Shown: positions 36,626 to 49,000 of the stretch, in pieces
Position numbering within the stretch: position 1 is the stretch's first letter
Layout: the number at the start of each line of letters is the position of its first letter
Assembly (NCBI RefSeq): GCF_036321535.1
Contig: NC_087437.1
Coordinates: 75,890,001 to 75,954,000, forward strand
Length of the DNA stretch: 64,000 nucleotides
Direction: 5' to 3'
Source: Camelus dromedarius
Taxonomy: Eukaryota
Notes under the pieces: model-generated
What the model saw: only the letters and a program-made list of their open reading frames with translations
Told to the model about the DNA's origin: nothing
Database searches by the model: none
Made by a program: the position numbers and the translations under genes

Positions 36626-38087
36626 GACTAAAAGACTTTCTTTCTTCTTATCACTAACCATTCCACCATGTTTTCACAGAAATATGCCCCTAAGGACCTG
36701 AGCTTTCTAGGATTTCTTTAAAACCAACCCACTTAAGCCCTTCTAAAGGAAAAGGCATTCTTCATTATGGGCATCTCAGGCACTTGCAGCAGATTTCTCT
36801 CTTTATTGTTTTATACTTGAATTAGCCAATCTCTTGTATGGGTGACCCTGGCTTGTTCTCCAGAGCCCCTGCCTGCTGGTTCAGTTTCAGAAGACTGTTT
36901 GATGAGTACCTCCTTTGAGGGACCAGGAACCACCCCATCTCACTGTGCTTGTTAAGGGAGTTTAACCAGAAACCCAAAAGTTAAAGTTTTAACATTCTTG
37001 TATCAAAAAAAGAAATACTTAAAAATAAAGTGCTCTTTTAAAAGACTCAGATACTAGGCTTCTGTACCCCAGTGTAATGTTTCCTTTATGCAACTTGCAG
37101 AGTCATGGCCCTCAACTCCTTCTTTCAGTGACTAAACTCAAGAAACTAGAATATTTGACAAAATCATTTAACTCCTCTTCACACACACCTCCCCCACCAT
37201 AAGACCCTGGGGCGTCAATCCAAATGAAGTTCCAGGGGTTCATCACTTTGATCACTTGGGTATCCCATATTTCTCCAAAGTAGCTGTGCAGATTTAATAG
37301 CAAAATGTTCCTGGGTTGGTGCCATATATTAAAAGAAACAAACCATATCCCCAAGAAGGAGACAGGATTTGCAGAAGCCTTTCTCTAAAGGAAAAGTTAT
37401 AAGATGAAATCTTAGGATAAATCAGAGAGAGGCATGAAAGCTGGAAAAAGCAAATCTGAGTCAGGAGCCAAAGTCTAGTCCACTAGTGCTCAGGCTGGGG
37501 CTGACCATAGGACAGGTGCAATAGAGACGAGCTCAAAAGAAATCCATGATGCTCAAGAACAAAAGTATATCAGATCCAAACAGGAGAAGCTAGGGTAGAC
37601 TGTATCCACTGAACTCAGGTAAATCTGTTGGAAATACTATACCGTCATTGTCTTCCCCTGGAGGACCTCATGCCATGACTGGTGCTGAGGGGCCTCTCAC
37701 GTTCAGCATGACTTGGTCACAAGGGCAGAGAGTAGCAAGCAGTGTCTGGGAGTCCTGACGCCCTGCCTAGGACATTGCCTGGGCCAGCGAGGCCTCGGGA
37801 GTCATAGAGTCCCACCAGCCCACCAAATATTTGAATAGAAAAACTAGTTAGATGCTGATTTCAGCAACATTACAGACTGAATAACCTGAAACATACTTAA
37901 GGATGTTAGATAAACACAAATGGATGTTCTTATAAATTTTCATCTGATAATACTAGAAAAGAAATTCCCAGTGGCCAAAAATAGAGAGGAAACTGAAAAA
38001 CAGAGTAGTAAGTGTATGAATTGATGCTGTGGTGGCTGTGGAGATGGAATGGTGCTGTTCCCATTGCCTGGGGGACTGGATACAGTT

Positions 38088-38621
38088 TGCAGGAGAAGAA
38101 AAATAGCTGTTTCTCTGCTCTTCTGAGTTCTTAGCTGAGATCCCTGTAACCAAAGACAGACAAACAAGAGAAAAACAAACAAAAGTTTCTTAACTGCTAT
38201 ACATCATGTATACACGGGAGATAGCCATGGAAAATGAGTAACTCAAAGAGGTGGGTTAGAATTCAGACGTAAATACCCTCTTCAGAGGGAAAAGGGAGAA
38301 GGAATGTAGGCCTCTTAGGGGAGAATAAATGATTTTTAGGAAAAATGAGTGGACCCTTAGAAGAATAGATGGGGTTATGATAGTCTGTGACAACACACTG
38401 GGTGTGGTATCAACTTCTAGTCTCCTCTTCTGGGACAAGAGTCAATCTTCCCTGGTTAATTGAACTCCTGAGAAGGGGATCCATGATGACTGATTTCCTT
38501 TAGAGGATCAGCCTTTAAACAGATAAGTGCAAAGAAAGCCTCTCCCTGAATTTGCTGTTTTTCAAGAGCCTGTATCTCAAAATAACCAATACGCCCAGGT
38601 AGCATAGTCTGCTGCACTTCA
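38088..38621 (-). mobile_element. ERV1 solo LTR, MER34A-like
   Basis: 'tgcaggagaagaaaaata...cttctgagttcttagctgagatccctgtaaccaaagacagacaaacaagagaaaaac...aaaatgagtaactcaaagaggtgg...ctcaaaataaccaatacgcc...cacttca'. Confidence 0.85.
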
Positions 38622-38759
38622 GATATTAACCCCAGATAGGAACAGGAATGAGATCTGGGGCCTACATAATAGACGGGGGTGGTTAGAGCTGTGTCAACAA
38701 CATGAATCCAGGATCCTTGAAAGTCTTACTTGAAAAGGATTCTATAAAATGTCTAGAGT

Positions 38760-39935
38760 CAAGATGCTAAGTTTCTGCTCAGACACGTAAAAAGCTTGAA
38801 AGGTATCATTCTTGTTTTTATAACAAGATAAAGCTGGATAAACTGAAAATCAGTGACTTTTCTTGGACCATCATAGACCTGAGTTTGCAAGGTGAACCAC
38901 CACCTTGAAGTCTGGAGAGGGAGGTGCATCTGTAGAGCCACAGCTGAGATCTGATGGAACAGAAGCTGCTGGAGTCAAACCTGGTAACAACACTTAAATG
39001 GCAATTTTGATGAATTACTGGAGGCTGCGTGTGAAATAACATGAGGATAAGAAACTCCTGGAAGACAGAGCTTTGGGAGAGATGGGCACAGTTTCATGGT
39101 CTTTACCTCCAGGAACTCTACCAGATTCTAGTGGTGAAGATCCAAGAGAGATCCTCTTAATATTCCGATAGGGGGAGAGAAAGAGTAATCGTTGTGAAAC
39201 ATACCCAAAGATCTCCTCTCCAGGGGGAAAGACTTTGCCAGAGCCTTATCCCAGCTAGGGGGAAATACATTCTCCTCTTCCTGCCCCACATAATTCAGAG
39301 GACAATGTAGTCAACAAAGGTCAAGGCTTAAAGAAATAGATCAGGAGCACTGCAGCCAGAGAGAGAATTATGGGATGTGGGGAAAAGCTATACCACTGGA
39401 GAAATGTTTCTGAAGGTGAAAGACTGAAGACACAGGCTCACTAATGGACTGAAATTTAATTGGAAGATTAGAGAATGCTTTCTCTCCCACATACCTTAGC
39501 ACCACACCACGGGGCTCCCATATAACAGTGGGTACTGCTAAAACATCCACAAAACATATGCTCTCTCTGAGGAGGAGTACTAAGGGAAGCCTGAAGTCAA
39601 GAGAGGAGACAAAAAAGAACACTGGAGGAATTTAGAGCCTCTGGCACTTGTAGCTTAAAGAAGATTAAACACAACACAAATCCTAGCCATATTAATATAA
39701 ATCCTCATACACGCTTATTTACTGTAATTTCTATCATCTAGTATAACATGTCCAGCTCTCAACAAAAGATTATAAGGGATGCCAAAAGGCAGAGAAAACG
39801 CAATTGGAAGAGACAAAGTAATCATCAGAACCAGACTTAGCTATGACAATGATGCTGGAATTACAAAACAAGGCATTTAAAATAATTAAGGGTTCTAATG
39901 GAAAGAGTAGACAACATGCAAAAGCAAATTTAAAA
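38760..39935 (+). mobile_element. Old L1M 5' UTR to ORF1-start region
   Basis: 'aagctggataaactgaaaatcagtgacttttcttggacc', 'gcaattttgatgaattactggaggctg', 'cttatcccagctagggggaa', 'gaagagacaaagtaatcatcagaaccagact'. Confidence 0.75.
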
Positions 39936-40783
39936 ATGAGAAGTATACAGTAATAAGCTTTCATACAGTATTTAAAATAAAGTATATTTATATAATTTAT
40001 CCTCTTTGCAGATTAAAAAAGAAAACCCTATGATCTGTCAGTAGATGCAAGTAAAAGCACATGCTAAAATTCAGTATATTCTCATGATTAAAAACTTAAC
40101 CAAATAAGAAGAAAACTTTCTAAGCCTGATAGAGGGTCTCTATGACAGGAACTCACAGAAAACCTATAGTAGGCATAATTCTTAAAATACTAGAAGCAGT
40201 CCCTTTATAGTCAGAAAGAAGCCAAGGATTTCTACTATCATAGCTTTTGTTAAACATTACGCTGGAGGTCTTAACAACGTAGTAATATCAAAGAAAGTTA
40301 GAAAATTTATAAAGATCAGAGAGAAAAAAATACTGTCACTATTTACAAGTTATATGATTGTCTCAAAATTAAATCTAGAAGGATCTACACAAAATCTCTT
40401 AAGGCTAATAAGAAAATCTGGAAAGTTGTTGGACACAAAATCAACCCACTAAAATTGATTTTATTCCCATGAACCAATGATGAATAAAACATGAGATTTA
40501 AGGATATCATTTACAGTAACAAAAACTCAAGGTACCTGGGAATAAAGCTAACATAAGATGCACAGGTCTTCAGTAAGATATAAAAAGAAAGACCTGAATA
40601 AATGAATGAAATTCGTCAACAGAAAGTCATACTGTAAATATCCACTAATAGGGCAATGGACAAATAACATGTGCTTTATTTAAAAGTCGAGTACTATATA
40701 GCAATTCAAACAAATAAATTCTAGCTACTTGCATCAATGTGGATAACCTCAAAAAGATAACACTGAGTATAAAAAGCAAGTCA

Positions 40784-40887
40784 GTGCTTGCTTCAGTAGC
40801 ACATAAACTAAAACTGGAATGATACAGAGAGGATTAGAATAGCCCTGCGCAAGGATGACACGCAAATTCGTGAAGCGTTCCATATTT
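40784..40887 (+). pseudogene. RNU6: U6 snRNA retropseudogene (full length), 5' part of a U6/L1 chimera
   Basis: gtgcttgcttcagtagcacataaactaaaactggaatgatacagagaggattagaatagccctgcgcaaggatgacacgcaaattcgtgaagcgttccatattt aligns end to end with U6 (ACAGAGA box retained). About 9 substitutions plus 1 deletion. Upstream is L1 sequence, not a recognisable U6 promoter. Confidence 0.95.
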
Positions 40888-40972
40888 GTATATATATGAC
40901 TGACTAAAATACTATGCTGTACACCAGAAATTGATACAACATTGTAAACTGACAATACTTCAATAAAAAAGA
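40888..40972 (+). mobile_element. Camelid-type L1 extreme 3' end fused to U6
   Basis: 'atgactgactaaaatactatgctgtacaccagaaattgatacaacattgtaaactgacaatacttcaataaaaaa' matches the reverse complement of the L1 end at 6020-6100. Confidence 0.9.
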
Positions 40973-41119
40973 AAAAAGAAATTCATATAAAACATACACT
41001 GTCATACAATTTTTGTATTTTTAAAATATGTAAACTGTACATTGTTTATGAATACATATATGTAGAAAAACATAAACATCATGTAGAATAGTAGTTACAT
41101 TTGGAGTGGTGAGGAGGGC

Positions 41120-41282
41120 AATGTTTCCCATACTTTGCACATTGTAATAATTGCCTGGGAATCTTAAAAAATATTAATGACTGGCTGCCTTCAATTTAAT
41201 TGGTATGAAACAAGACCTGGGCAACAGGAGTCTTAAATTTCTCCAGGTGATGCTTATGTGTATCAAAGTTTGGAAGCCACTA
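41120..41282. mobile_element. MER5-type hAT MITE
   Basis: 'tgtttcccatactttgcacattg...cctgggaatcttaaaaaata...tttaattggt...cctgggca...tccaggtgatgcttatgtg...aaagtttggaagccact'. Confidence 0.75.
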
Positions 41283-41467
41283 GGGAAAATGGGTTAATGG
41301 CGGGTGGTTATACAGGTAACTTCAGCTCTGTGAATTTCTGTTTCTTAAAATAAGTTCTGGATTCAATATGCAAAAATGCTAAGATTTGACAAGACTAGGT
41401 GGTAGGTATATAAGTGTTTATGATATTATTTTCTATATTTTCCTGCTTCCTTGAATATTTTCAAAAG

Positions 41468-41538
41468 AGGAAGGAAGGTAGGAAAGAAGGAAGGAAGAAA
41501 GAGAAAGGGAAGGGAGGGGAGGGAGGGAGGAAGAAAGA
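41468..41538. repeat. Purine-rich (GAAG/GGAG)n low-complexity tract
   Basis: aggaaggaaggtaggaaagaaggaaggaagaaagagaaagggaagggaggggagggagggaggaagaaag. Confidence 0.9.
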
Positions 41539-43489
41539 TTCTGTTCCTCTGACTGAGTCACAATGTATAGCTGTTGGGAACAGTAGATTGTACCAATTTC
41601 CCTTATTCACCCTGGTGCCTATTTATCAAATTTGGAGTCACTTAACTGGAGCAGGAATGTGGTAAGAAAAAGGTCCTGGAATGCTGGCCTGGCTAACGTG
41701 ATCTTGGTCCTACTATGATGGCAAACACCCAGCTCAGCACGTGGTAGAGACTAGCCCCTGAATGTTTACACATGTTGTAACAGGTAAGTAGAATAATGCC
41801 TTGGTTCTAGTGGTGAAATTACTCATTCAATGTGAAACTACTGGGTACAAGGTACAATAACTGGTTCAATTTTGGCATAAAAAAATGTAAGATAAAATAC
41901 ACTCTAACACTGTTTTAGCAATATCAATACTAACATTCATACCTGAGTACTTACAGATTTATTAAAAACAGACCCTCTTAATTGAATGAAACGTATCTCT
42001 TCTTGACAACAGATACAAATCAGTAGAGTTAAATAATGAAGTGAGATGGTTTGAGAGTCAGCAGTTATTCTTGGTGGGTGTCAAGGTGGGAATGTTGATT
42101 TATGTAGGAATATGAGAAGAAAGAATAAAATAATCTCCATGAACATTAATTCTCCTGGGCAAAACTCTATCTCTGGCAGAAAAAAAAATGAGACATAACT
42201 TATACTCATTTCTACTTAAAAAGAGATCAATGCAGTTGGACTAAAAATTAGTTCTCGGCCCTGGCTGCAAGTTAACATCCTCTGGCAAAATTTTTTAAAA
42301 TGTCAGTGTACCTGGCAAATTCACTGAATCAGAGTATGTGGAGGTGGAATTTGGCATAAAGGGTGGATAACTGCAGGACTTAAGTGAACAGAAAATTCAT
42401 AATTACCTAACTTGATGATTTTCAAAATTGTTATTTTTAAATTGTTGGGGCTTTTTTTCAAACCCAAATAAAGCAAACTAAGTACATAAAATTTGGGCTG
42501 TACTAGTTCAATCAGGGTTGGGAGGGCAGGGTTAGGACTGGAAAGATGATGTCCAGACCCATGCCTACTCTCACATTCTCATATTCTGTCCTTCTTTCTG
42601 TCCTCCCAGACCCTGAGTGGGTCTGGACTCCTTGGAGCCAGATTTTAAAACTTCACATCTGAAAGTTTAAAAGGTTTAATTTTACGGATTCAGAAGTGAA
42701 AACCCAGATGCTGCTCATTAGTGCCTAGGAATAGATTAACAGTCTTCTTAGATGTCTGTAAAGAAAAAAATCACTACAATGAGTGATCTAAAAAAGATTA
42801 CAAAAGCCTTATAAAGAGCTTTACCATAAGGGGTCATTTGCCCATATTGGTTTGAAGGCAGTGAAATGGATTAAATGAACTCACAAGATTCCATTTTCAC
42901 ATCTGCTATTCTACCAATCAGCTCCTCTTTTAATCAACTTTTTCCAGCAGAGGAGCACTAAGCCTACTGTTGAAAAAAATTCTTTTTCTTAATATATTAG
43001 CTTATGTTGTTAACTACTGCTGCTGTTTAATGATTCATTTATGATAATTAATGTATTAATTCTTTGTACTTGTGCCCTTAAGCAATTCTGTGCAGGAGGC
43101 AAATTTCAAAATTCAACAAATATAAATAACAAGCAGTAACTGTCCAAGCAGTACCATTTAAGTGCTATTTCATGAATTATAATAATTCAATTCCATTAAG
43201 TTAAGAGGATTAGCTTCCAAAGTATTGTCGTCTTCTGATTCTATTTCATGTCAATTACTCTTGCAATACCAGTAACATCAGATTTCGTGCAGCATCTTTC
43301 TTTCACAGGCTCTTTACTCATAGTGAAAGCAAGAATGTAAAAAACAGAGATAGGGAATGCTCTAGTTCAGTTAAATCCAGCAAGTGTTTATGGAATACCC
43401 ACTACGTGCTGGGCACTGAGACAGATACAAAGATGTGTGAGTCACAGTCAGTGGTCCAAGGCAGGCTAATGGGCTTTAAGATATAATAG

Positions 43490-43690
43490 CTTTGAGTACC
43501 TGCCATGTACCAGATCATGTATATTATCTTTCTCTTCCTGACAATGGCATAGGGTAGGAATTATAAACTCTATCTTACACATGATGAAAGATTAAGAGAT
43601 AAATGACATGCACAGCTACCCAGCTACTACTGTCAGAGCCAGGATTTGAACCCAGGGATGATTTGCTGGACAATTCTGCCTTTCCCTAGT
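43490..43690 (-). mobile_element. MIR SINE
   Basis: 'ttgagtacctgccatgtaccag', 'tatcttacacatgatgaaa', 'cagagccaggatttgaacccagg'. Confidence 0.75.
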
Positions 43691-43902
43691 AGAATACACA
43701 CTCTGAAGACTCTAGGCAAAATTGTGAAGTAGACAATGCTTCCCTTTGGTCTCCCGGCCATCCCCATTTTGTGTGATCTTATTTTTCTATGACCTCTCCC
43801 ACCTCTTTTTTAGTACTTTTTTCTGGTTATTTGGATTCCAAGCACAGCATAAAAACAGTCCACTTAGACATGCTTTCTCCATCAAGTTCCCTTTACTCTA
43901 GA

Positions 43903-44118
43903 CCAGAGCTATCCAATAAGTTTCGGTAATAATAGAAATGTTCTGTATCAGCACCATCCAATATGGTAGCCACTAGCTACACGTGGCTACTCAACTCTTA
44001 AAGGTAGCTGAGGTGACTAAGGGACTGAATTATTTATTTTATTTTAAGTAATTTAAGTTTGCATTTAGGTTTAAAAAAACCACACATGGCTAGTGTCCAT
44101 TGCATTGGACAACACAGC
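43903..44118. mobile_element. MER3 hAT-Charlie MITE
   Basis: 'cagagctatccaata...gaaatgttctgtatc...tccaatatggtagccactagctacacgtggctac...gggactgaatt...cacatggctagtg...attggacaacacag' with terminal inverted repeats. Confidence 0.9.
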
Positions 44119-45249
44119 TCCAAAACATTCTCAACTCACTTTGTGTTTAAAACATTTTTACCCATGTTTGATTTCCCAAAGCCTGTTCAGCTAGTCCACA
44201 GTATCACTGCATCTGATACACTGATGGTAATTAATTTGTATGTGTATCTCCCAGAAAAAAAAAATGCTGCATTTGAACAGAGGCCATCTGGACAGAAAAA
44301 TGTGAATATTCAGATGCAATGACAAGCCACTGAGGGAGTTATTCTTTTTTATCAAAGGAAACTTTGAATCTCATTAATTCCATAATGTGAACAGCCAGAT
44401 GTTTGTGTCACATAGTATTTTTTGTCACATTCACTCTTTACAATAATCAAGCAATTTGTATCATGTACTTCAATACAGAACTCTGGTGTTTTCAAGCATT
44501 TTTCAAAGTTCTCTTCCTGAAGTACGTTTTATCCTGTTCTCTGATTTCTTTCTATTTTGGAACCCAAAAAGGTAACATCAACTGGAGTACCCAGTTTCAT
44601 GGAAAATACTGCTGCCAGGAGCCCAATGGCAACAGCCCCAACTTGTCCCGCACCTGTGGCAGGTGTCCAGGAGGTACTAACAAGGCTACAAGAGGGTCTC
44701 CATTCCAGAGAGATCACCTTTTTCCTCCAGAGTTACAAAACTGAAGGTAATCAGAGTTACAAAAGTGAGGCTTTCAGAGTAAAAAATTGAGGAGGAGCAA
44801 AGTGTGTAGCTGAGACACAGTAGCAGACAATAGGAGCAGACCTCTTCCATCAAAGGACTTTGGTAAAAGCAAAAGATGCACAGAGCTGGGGGAAGGTGGA
44901 TCAAGGATCAAAGCCAAAGCTGAAATCCAAGGACCAAAGTAAGCTATTCCAAGTCATGCCCCAGGTGGGAGGGGACAGGCTCAAAGAAGCCTAGAAAACA
45001 ACACATGTTCTGGGGGTTGAATCTGAAGATCCAATGATCTGAGAGTGCTTTTGCTTTCCGGCAGGTTTTCCCAGGTGACACCCAGATGGTCACCTGGCCT
45101 TGTCTAATCTTAAAGCAGCCTGACAGGAAGATGTGTGAGGATGTGCCTTGCCCTAATATATCCTTTCTTTCATGCACAAACATTTAGCACAGACCCCTAA
45201 ATGGGCCATGTGCTGTTGGCCTTCAACTTCAGGAAACTGACATGGTAGC

Positions 45250-46088
45250 TATGAAATAATAAGAAATATATATTGGTCTCTGCTCCTGGTTCCTGCTCAT
45301 ATTTGGTCTTTGACCCCAGTTTCTGACACAGAGCTCCTAAATCCCTTGGAATTTCCTGGATGATAGGAGTGTCTTTTGTTCAAATGAGGTGACTCTGGGT
45401 GGCTCCTGGATGGGGGCCGGTCTTCACAAAAATCAAGCCATGATTGGAAGCATGGAACTTTCAGTCCCATCCTCCATCCTAAAGAAAGAAGAGAGGGGCT
45501 GGAGATCGAGTTAATGATTGATCATGCCTACTTGGTGCAGCGTCCATAAAAATCCCTAAAGTACCTGAAGTATAGGATGTGTTGCTGAGCATGTCCACAT
45601 GCTAGGACTGAGGTGTCCCCTAAATCCACCGGGACAGAAACTTCTGCCCTTGGGACCCTTCCATACCTGGACTTATGTATCTCTTTATCTGACTGCCCAT
45701 CTCTATCCTTTCTTATATCCTTTATAATAAACCAGTAAATGTAATAAGTGTTTCCTGGACTTGCGTGAGCACTTCTAGCAAATTATCAAGTCCAATAAGA
45801 GGGTCTGGGGAACTCTAATTTACAGGTGGTTGGTTGGTCATAAGTACAGGTGACAACCTGGGACTTGAATTGTCTGAAGTGGGGGCACTCCTGTGAGTCT
45901 GAGCCCTTAACCTGCGAACCTGCGAGATCCACGCCACCTGCAGGTGGACAACGTCAGAACTGAATTGAATTGTAGGACATCCTGCTGGTGTCAGAGTATT
46001 GGTCATTGTGGGGAAAACCCCACACATCTGGTGGCAGAATAACTGTGAGTGTGAGAGTAGAGGAAACCACAGGAGCTTTTCCCAGACA
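45250..46088 (+). mobile_element. MER21-type solo LTR
   Basis: 'aaataataagaaatatatattggtctctg', 'cagagctcctaaatcccttggaatttcctg', 'cctttataataaaccagtaaatgt', 'gtcagaactgaattgaattgtaggacatcc'. Homologous to 16461-17232. Confidence 0.9.
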
Positions 46089-49000
46089 GCAGGGACAGAA
46101 AGGCAGGAACCCACAGAAAACAAGTGAACAAAGCTCTTAAAACAAATACCTCCCAATTTTCACTCAAAAGCAATGTAGGGGAAACCATCCTTGTAGATAC
46201 CGTCAGTGTTTATTCTCAGAAATGTATGAATTCTTTCATTCATAATCTGTACAACTTCACTCTTGGTAATTCACATAAAAGCACCAAGTGGCTCAATTCT
46301 GATTGAAATTAGAGGGTTGCCCTCTGAGAAATGCATTACAGTTTATTAGATATGGCTCTTCATGTAGCTGGAGCCTCTCCCTTCAGGTGCACGAGTATTG
46401 CAGTATTAAGTCCACAGATGTGAAGTACCATGATTGCCCGATGAAAATAATAGTCATTTGGCTAAATAAAATAAAACATCTTTCTATAGGGCTTACAACC
46501 ATTAATTTTCTGTCTCTCGAAGATGACTGTCCTCCATGTTTTAGGTAAGTGGCATACACTTTGGGTCCAAGACCAGGGATGAGAGGACAGGGCAACCTCT
46601 ATTCCAAGGCTGTTTCCTGGTAGGGTTCCTCCAAGCCTTTGGAAAAGGTGACTCTGTTGTGTTCGCCGCGCTAACTCTTCAGGTTTCTTTCCGCATACAT
46701 ATTAAAGGAGCTTATTCTCCCTGGCAGAGCCTTCCTGATTTGACAGAACAGTGTAAGATATATTCACTCAAGTGAGAAAAAAGGAAATTGAGGTCTGTTT
46801 GTATTTCCTTTAGGCCATAAGCCTCCTAAGCAGACACGGTCAGGGTTTTCACTCCTTAGTGTGTAACCATAGCATGACTTTCTGCATCTAATTAGTCATT
46901 TCATTAATTTTATTGAAGCCACGATGGTGACCAGTGGCCTAATTTGAAGAAATCGCTGTTGGCTTCTAGGCTTAAAGATAAGCCCTTGTGGTGTAGAGGG
47001 AGGGGTTGTTCTTTACAAAAAACCCCACGGCAGTCCGCCGCCCGGCACTGCCCTCTCCGCTTCGCATTTCTCATTTCCCTCGGTCTCCCGCCTGCGGAGA
47101 CCCAACAAGGGGGAGGGGGCAGTGGACATGGGTTCCACCGGCCTGTGATTTGTGGCTTCTGAGAGTCGAGTGACAGCTTGATCAGTGAATTCTTGTTTTT
47201 AAATTATTGACACGCATTTTAAAATTATAATTTGAATATACATATATGTGCATGTATGTGTGTGTGTATATATTTTTTTAATTAAAAACAGTACTCTCAG
47301 AAACAGTTACAACTGCCAAATATATAATCTATATAATGGTGAATATTCAAACTATTCACTCCTTCAAACACTTTTGAACTAATTTCTCAAGCTCTTCCAA
47401 AGGTGCTGTTGATAAGCTTCTGCCAACACCCGGGGGATGCGCCTGTGGCATCCGGGTCCACCGCGATTCTGGGGCTACAAGTTGAAGGAGATTTAATTTT
47501 CACACCTCAGAGGCTTTATTTTTCCTGCCAAAGTTTATTTGCAGAAGCCAGCTCCTGCCCCCAGATTTCTCATAACAATTCATTATAAAAAGCTGACTTA
47601 AGGAACAAACGGTTAAGCAGGAAGATTTAGTTGTCCTCACGTTTGCACGGTTTTATATTCACTGTTTAAATTTTCCGGTGCAAAGCACAATTAACATTTG
47701 AGTCCACCTAGCCATGAAGAAATAGCAATTACTGTTTTGACTGAAAAGAATTCACTTTGGTGTCTTCTCACATCCTGGCTGCCTAATCGTTCTGAGTTTC
47801 CTCTTCCCCATGACAACCATCCAATATGGCTCTCTTCCTGCCCTGGTGTTTTATCATATATTAGTAAAAACTCCTTTATGTGCTGCTTGGTATATTTGGC
47901 TAAAAGAAAAAAAAAAACTGTCGAGGACAGGGACTGGATTATATGTAGTAATTCTTTAGAAGTCCATTCAGCATCTAAAACAGTGTGAGGTACGTAAGGA
48001 TTCTCCATAAATATTTGCTAAACTGAAACTAGAAGCAAATGTTATGTCAAGCTTAAAGCCATGAATCACTGTGGCTATTAATCAGCCTTCTTTTACAAAG
48101 AATTTGTATAATTTCTCAACTATTGCCTTATATCACTGAGACACCCTTTTTCTGACTTTTGCTCTTGCCATTCAACCACATATTTCTCAAATAGATTTTT
48201 ACCCAAACCGAGAAGTCTGGGCTTAAAAGGAAATCATGGAGTAGACTTCTAGGCCAGTTCAGCAGCAGGGTTTTTTTTCAATAAAAATATCCTACTTTTT
48301 CCCATTTAGAAACAATGTGATTCTCTCCAGCTCACAAGTCCATTTGTGACCATACAAAATAAAGTGAGTGGCTGCTGACTGATCATTCTGGAAGAGAAAA
48401 CGTCCTGCTTTTTGTGTTATATTTAGCGGCCGTTTCCCAGTCAAATCAACAGCCTTCTCCTGGTATCATCTTGTGCCTTCTGTGCTATGACCAAGAGAAG
48501 TACCCTCTTAGGTTTACCATCATCATTAAACCCCAGATACACTGGGTGACACGAACACTGTCAAGGACAAGGATGGTATCTCTTTCACCCCGGTGTTTCA
48601 GGGCCCTATTGTTTCACATGCTTTATCTCAGTTCTCACCACAATCTAACCAGTAGTCATGGTTATATTCCTTTTAGAGATGAGATATCATTTGAATGGGA
48701 AATTTAGTGCTTTGATTCAAAGATTTAAAAATACGTATACATAAAGATGAACTATTTTCTGTCTCCCACCTACTCAGCTCTCATTCTCCCAGCCCCCACA
48801 CCACTTTTTGTTTGTTCCTGTGTACCCTTTCGGAGTTCATTTACGCATAAAGAGAAAGAGTGAATATATAGTCTTATTCCCCCTGTTTATTAAAAAAAAA
48901 GAAAGTCAGTATGCTACCATGCCATTTGTGACTTCATAGGAGAAATTTTAGTCCAGTACTAGCCAGCTTCAAAGCTCAAGATTTCTCCACCCTGAAAACT

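Larger units (their letters stand above)
40005..41465 (+). mobile_element. Old L1M ORF2 fragments and 3' end, interrupted by a U6/L1 chimera and MER5
   Basis: 40010-40140 is similar to the RT segment 'NHMIISIDAEKAFDKIQHPFMIK'. 'tttacaagttatatgattgtct' corresponds to LFADDMIV. 3' motifs 'atggataacctcaaaaa' and 'ggtataaagtgtttatgatattattttctat'. Confidence 0.7.

Noticed and set aside
40784..40887. Functional U6 snRNA gene
   Set aside because: Many substitutions in the 5' half, no external U6 promoter upstream, fused to an L1 tail and flanked by a TSD
44727..44770. Short direct repeat cagagttacaaaa x2 (similar small duplications near 5380, 21070, 22640)
   Set aside because: Ordinary slippage micro-duplications, not an array; nothing CRISPR-like
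47060..47080. CTCF-like word (reverse complement gcggagagggcagtg)
   Set aside because: Lacks the 5' CC core positions, too weak to call
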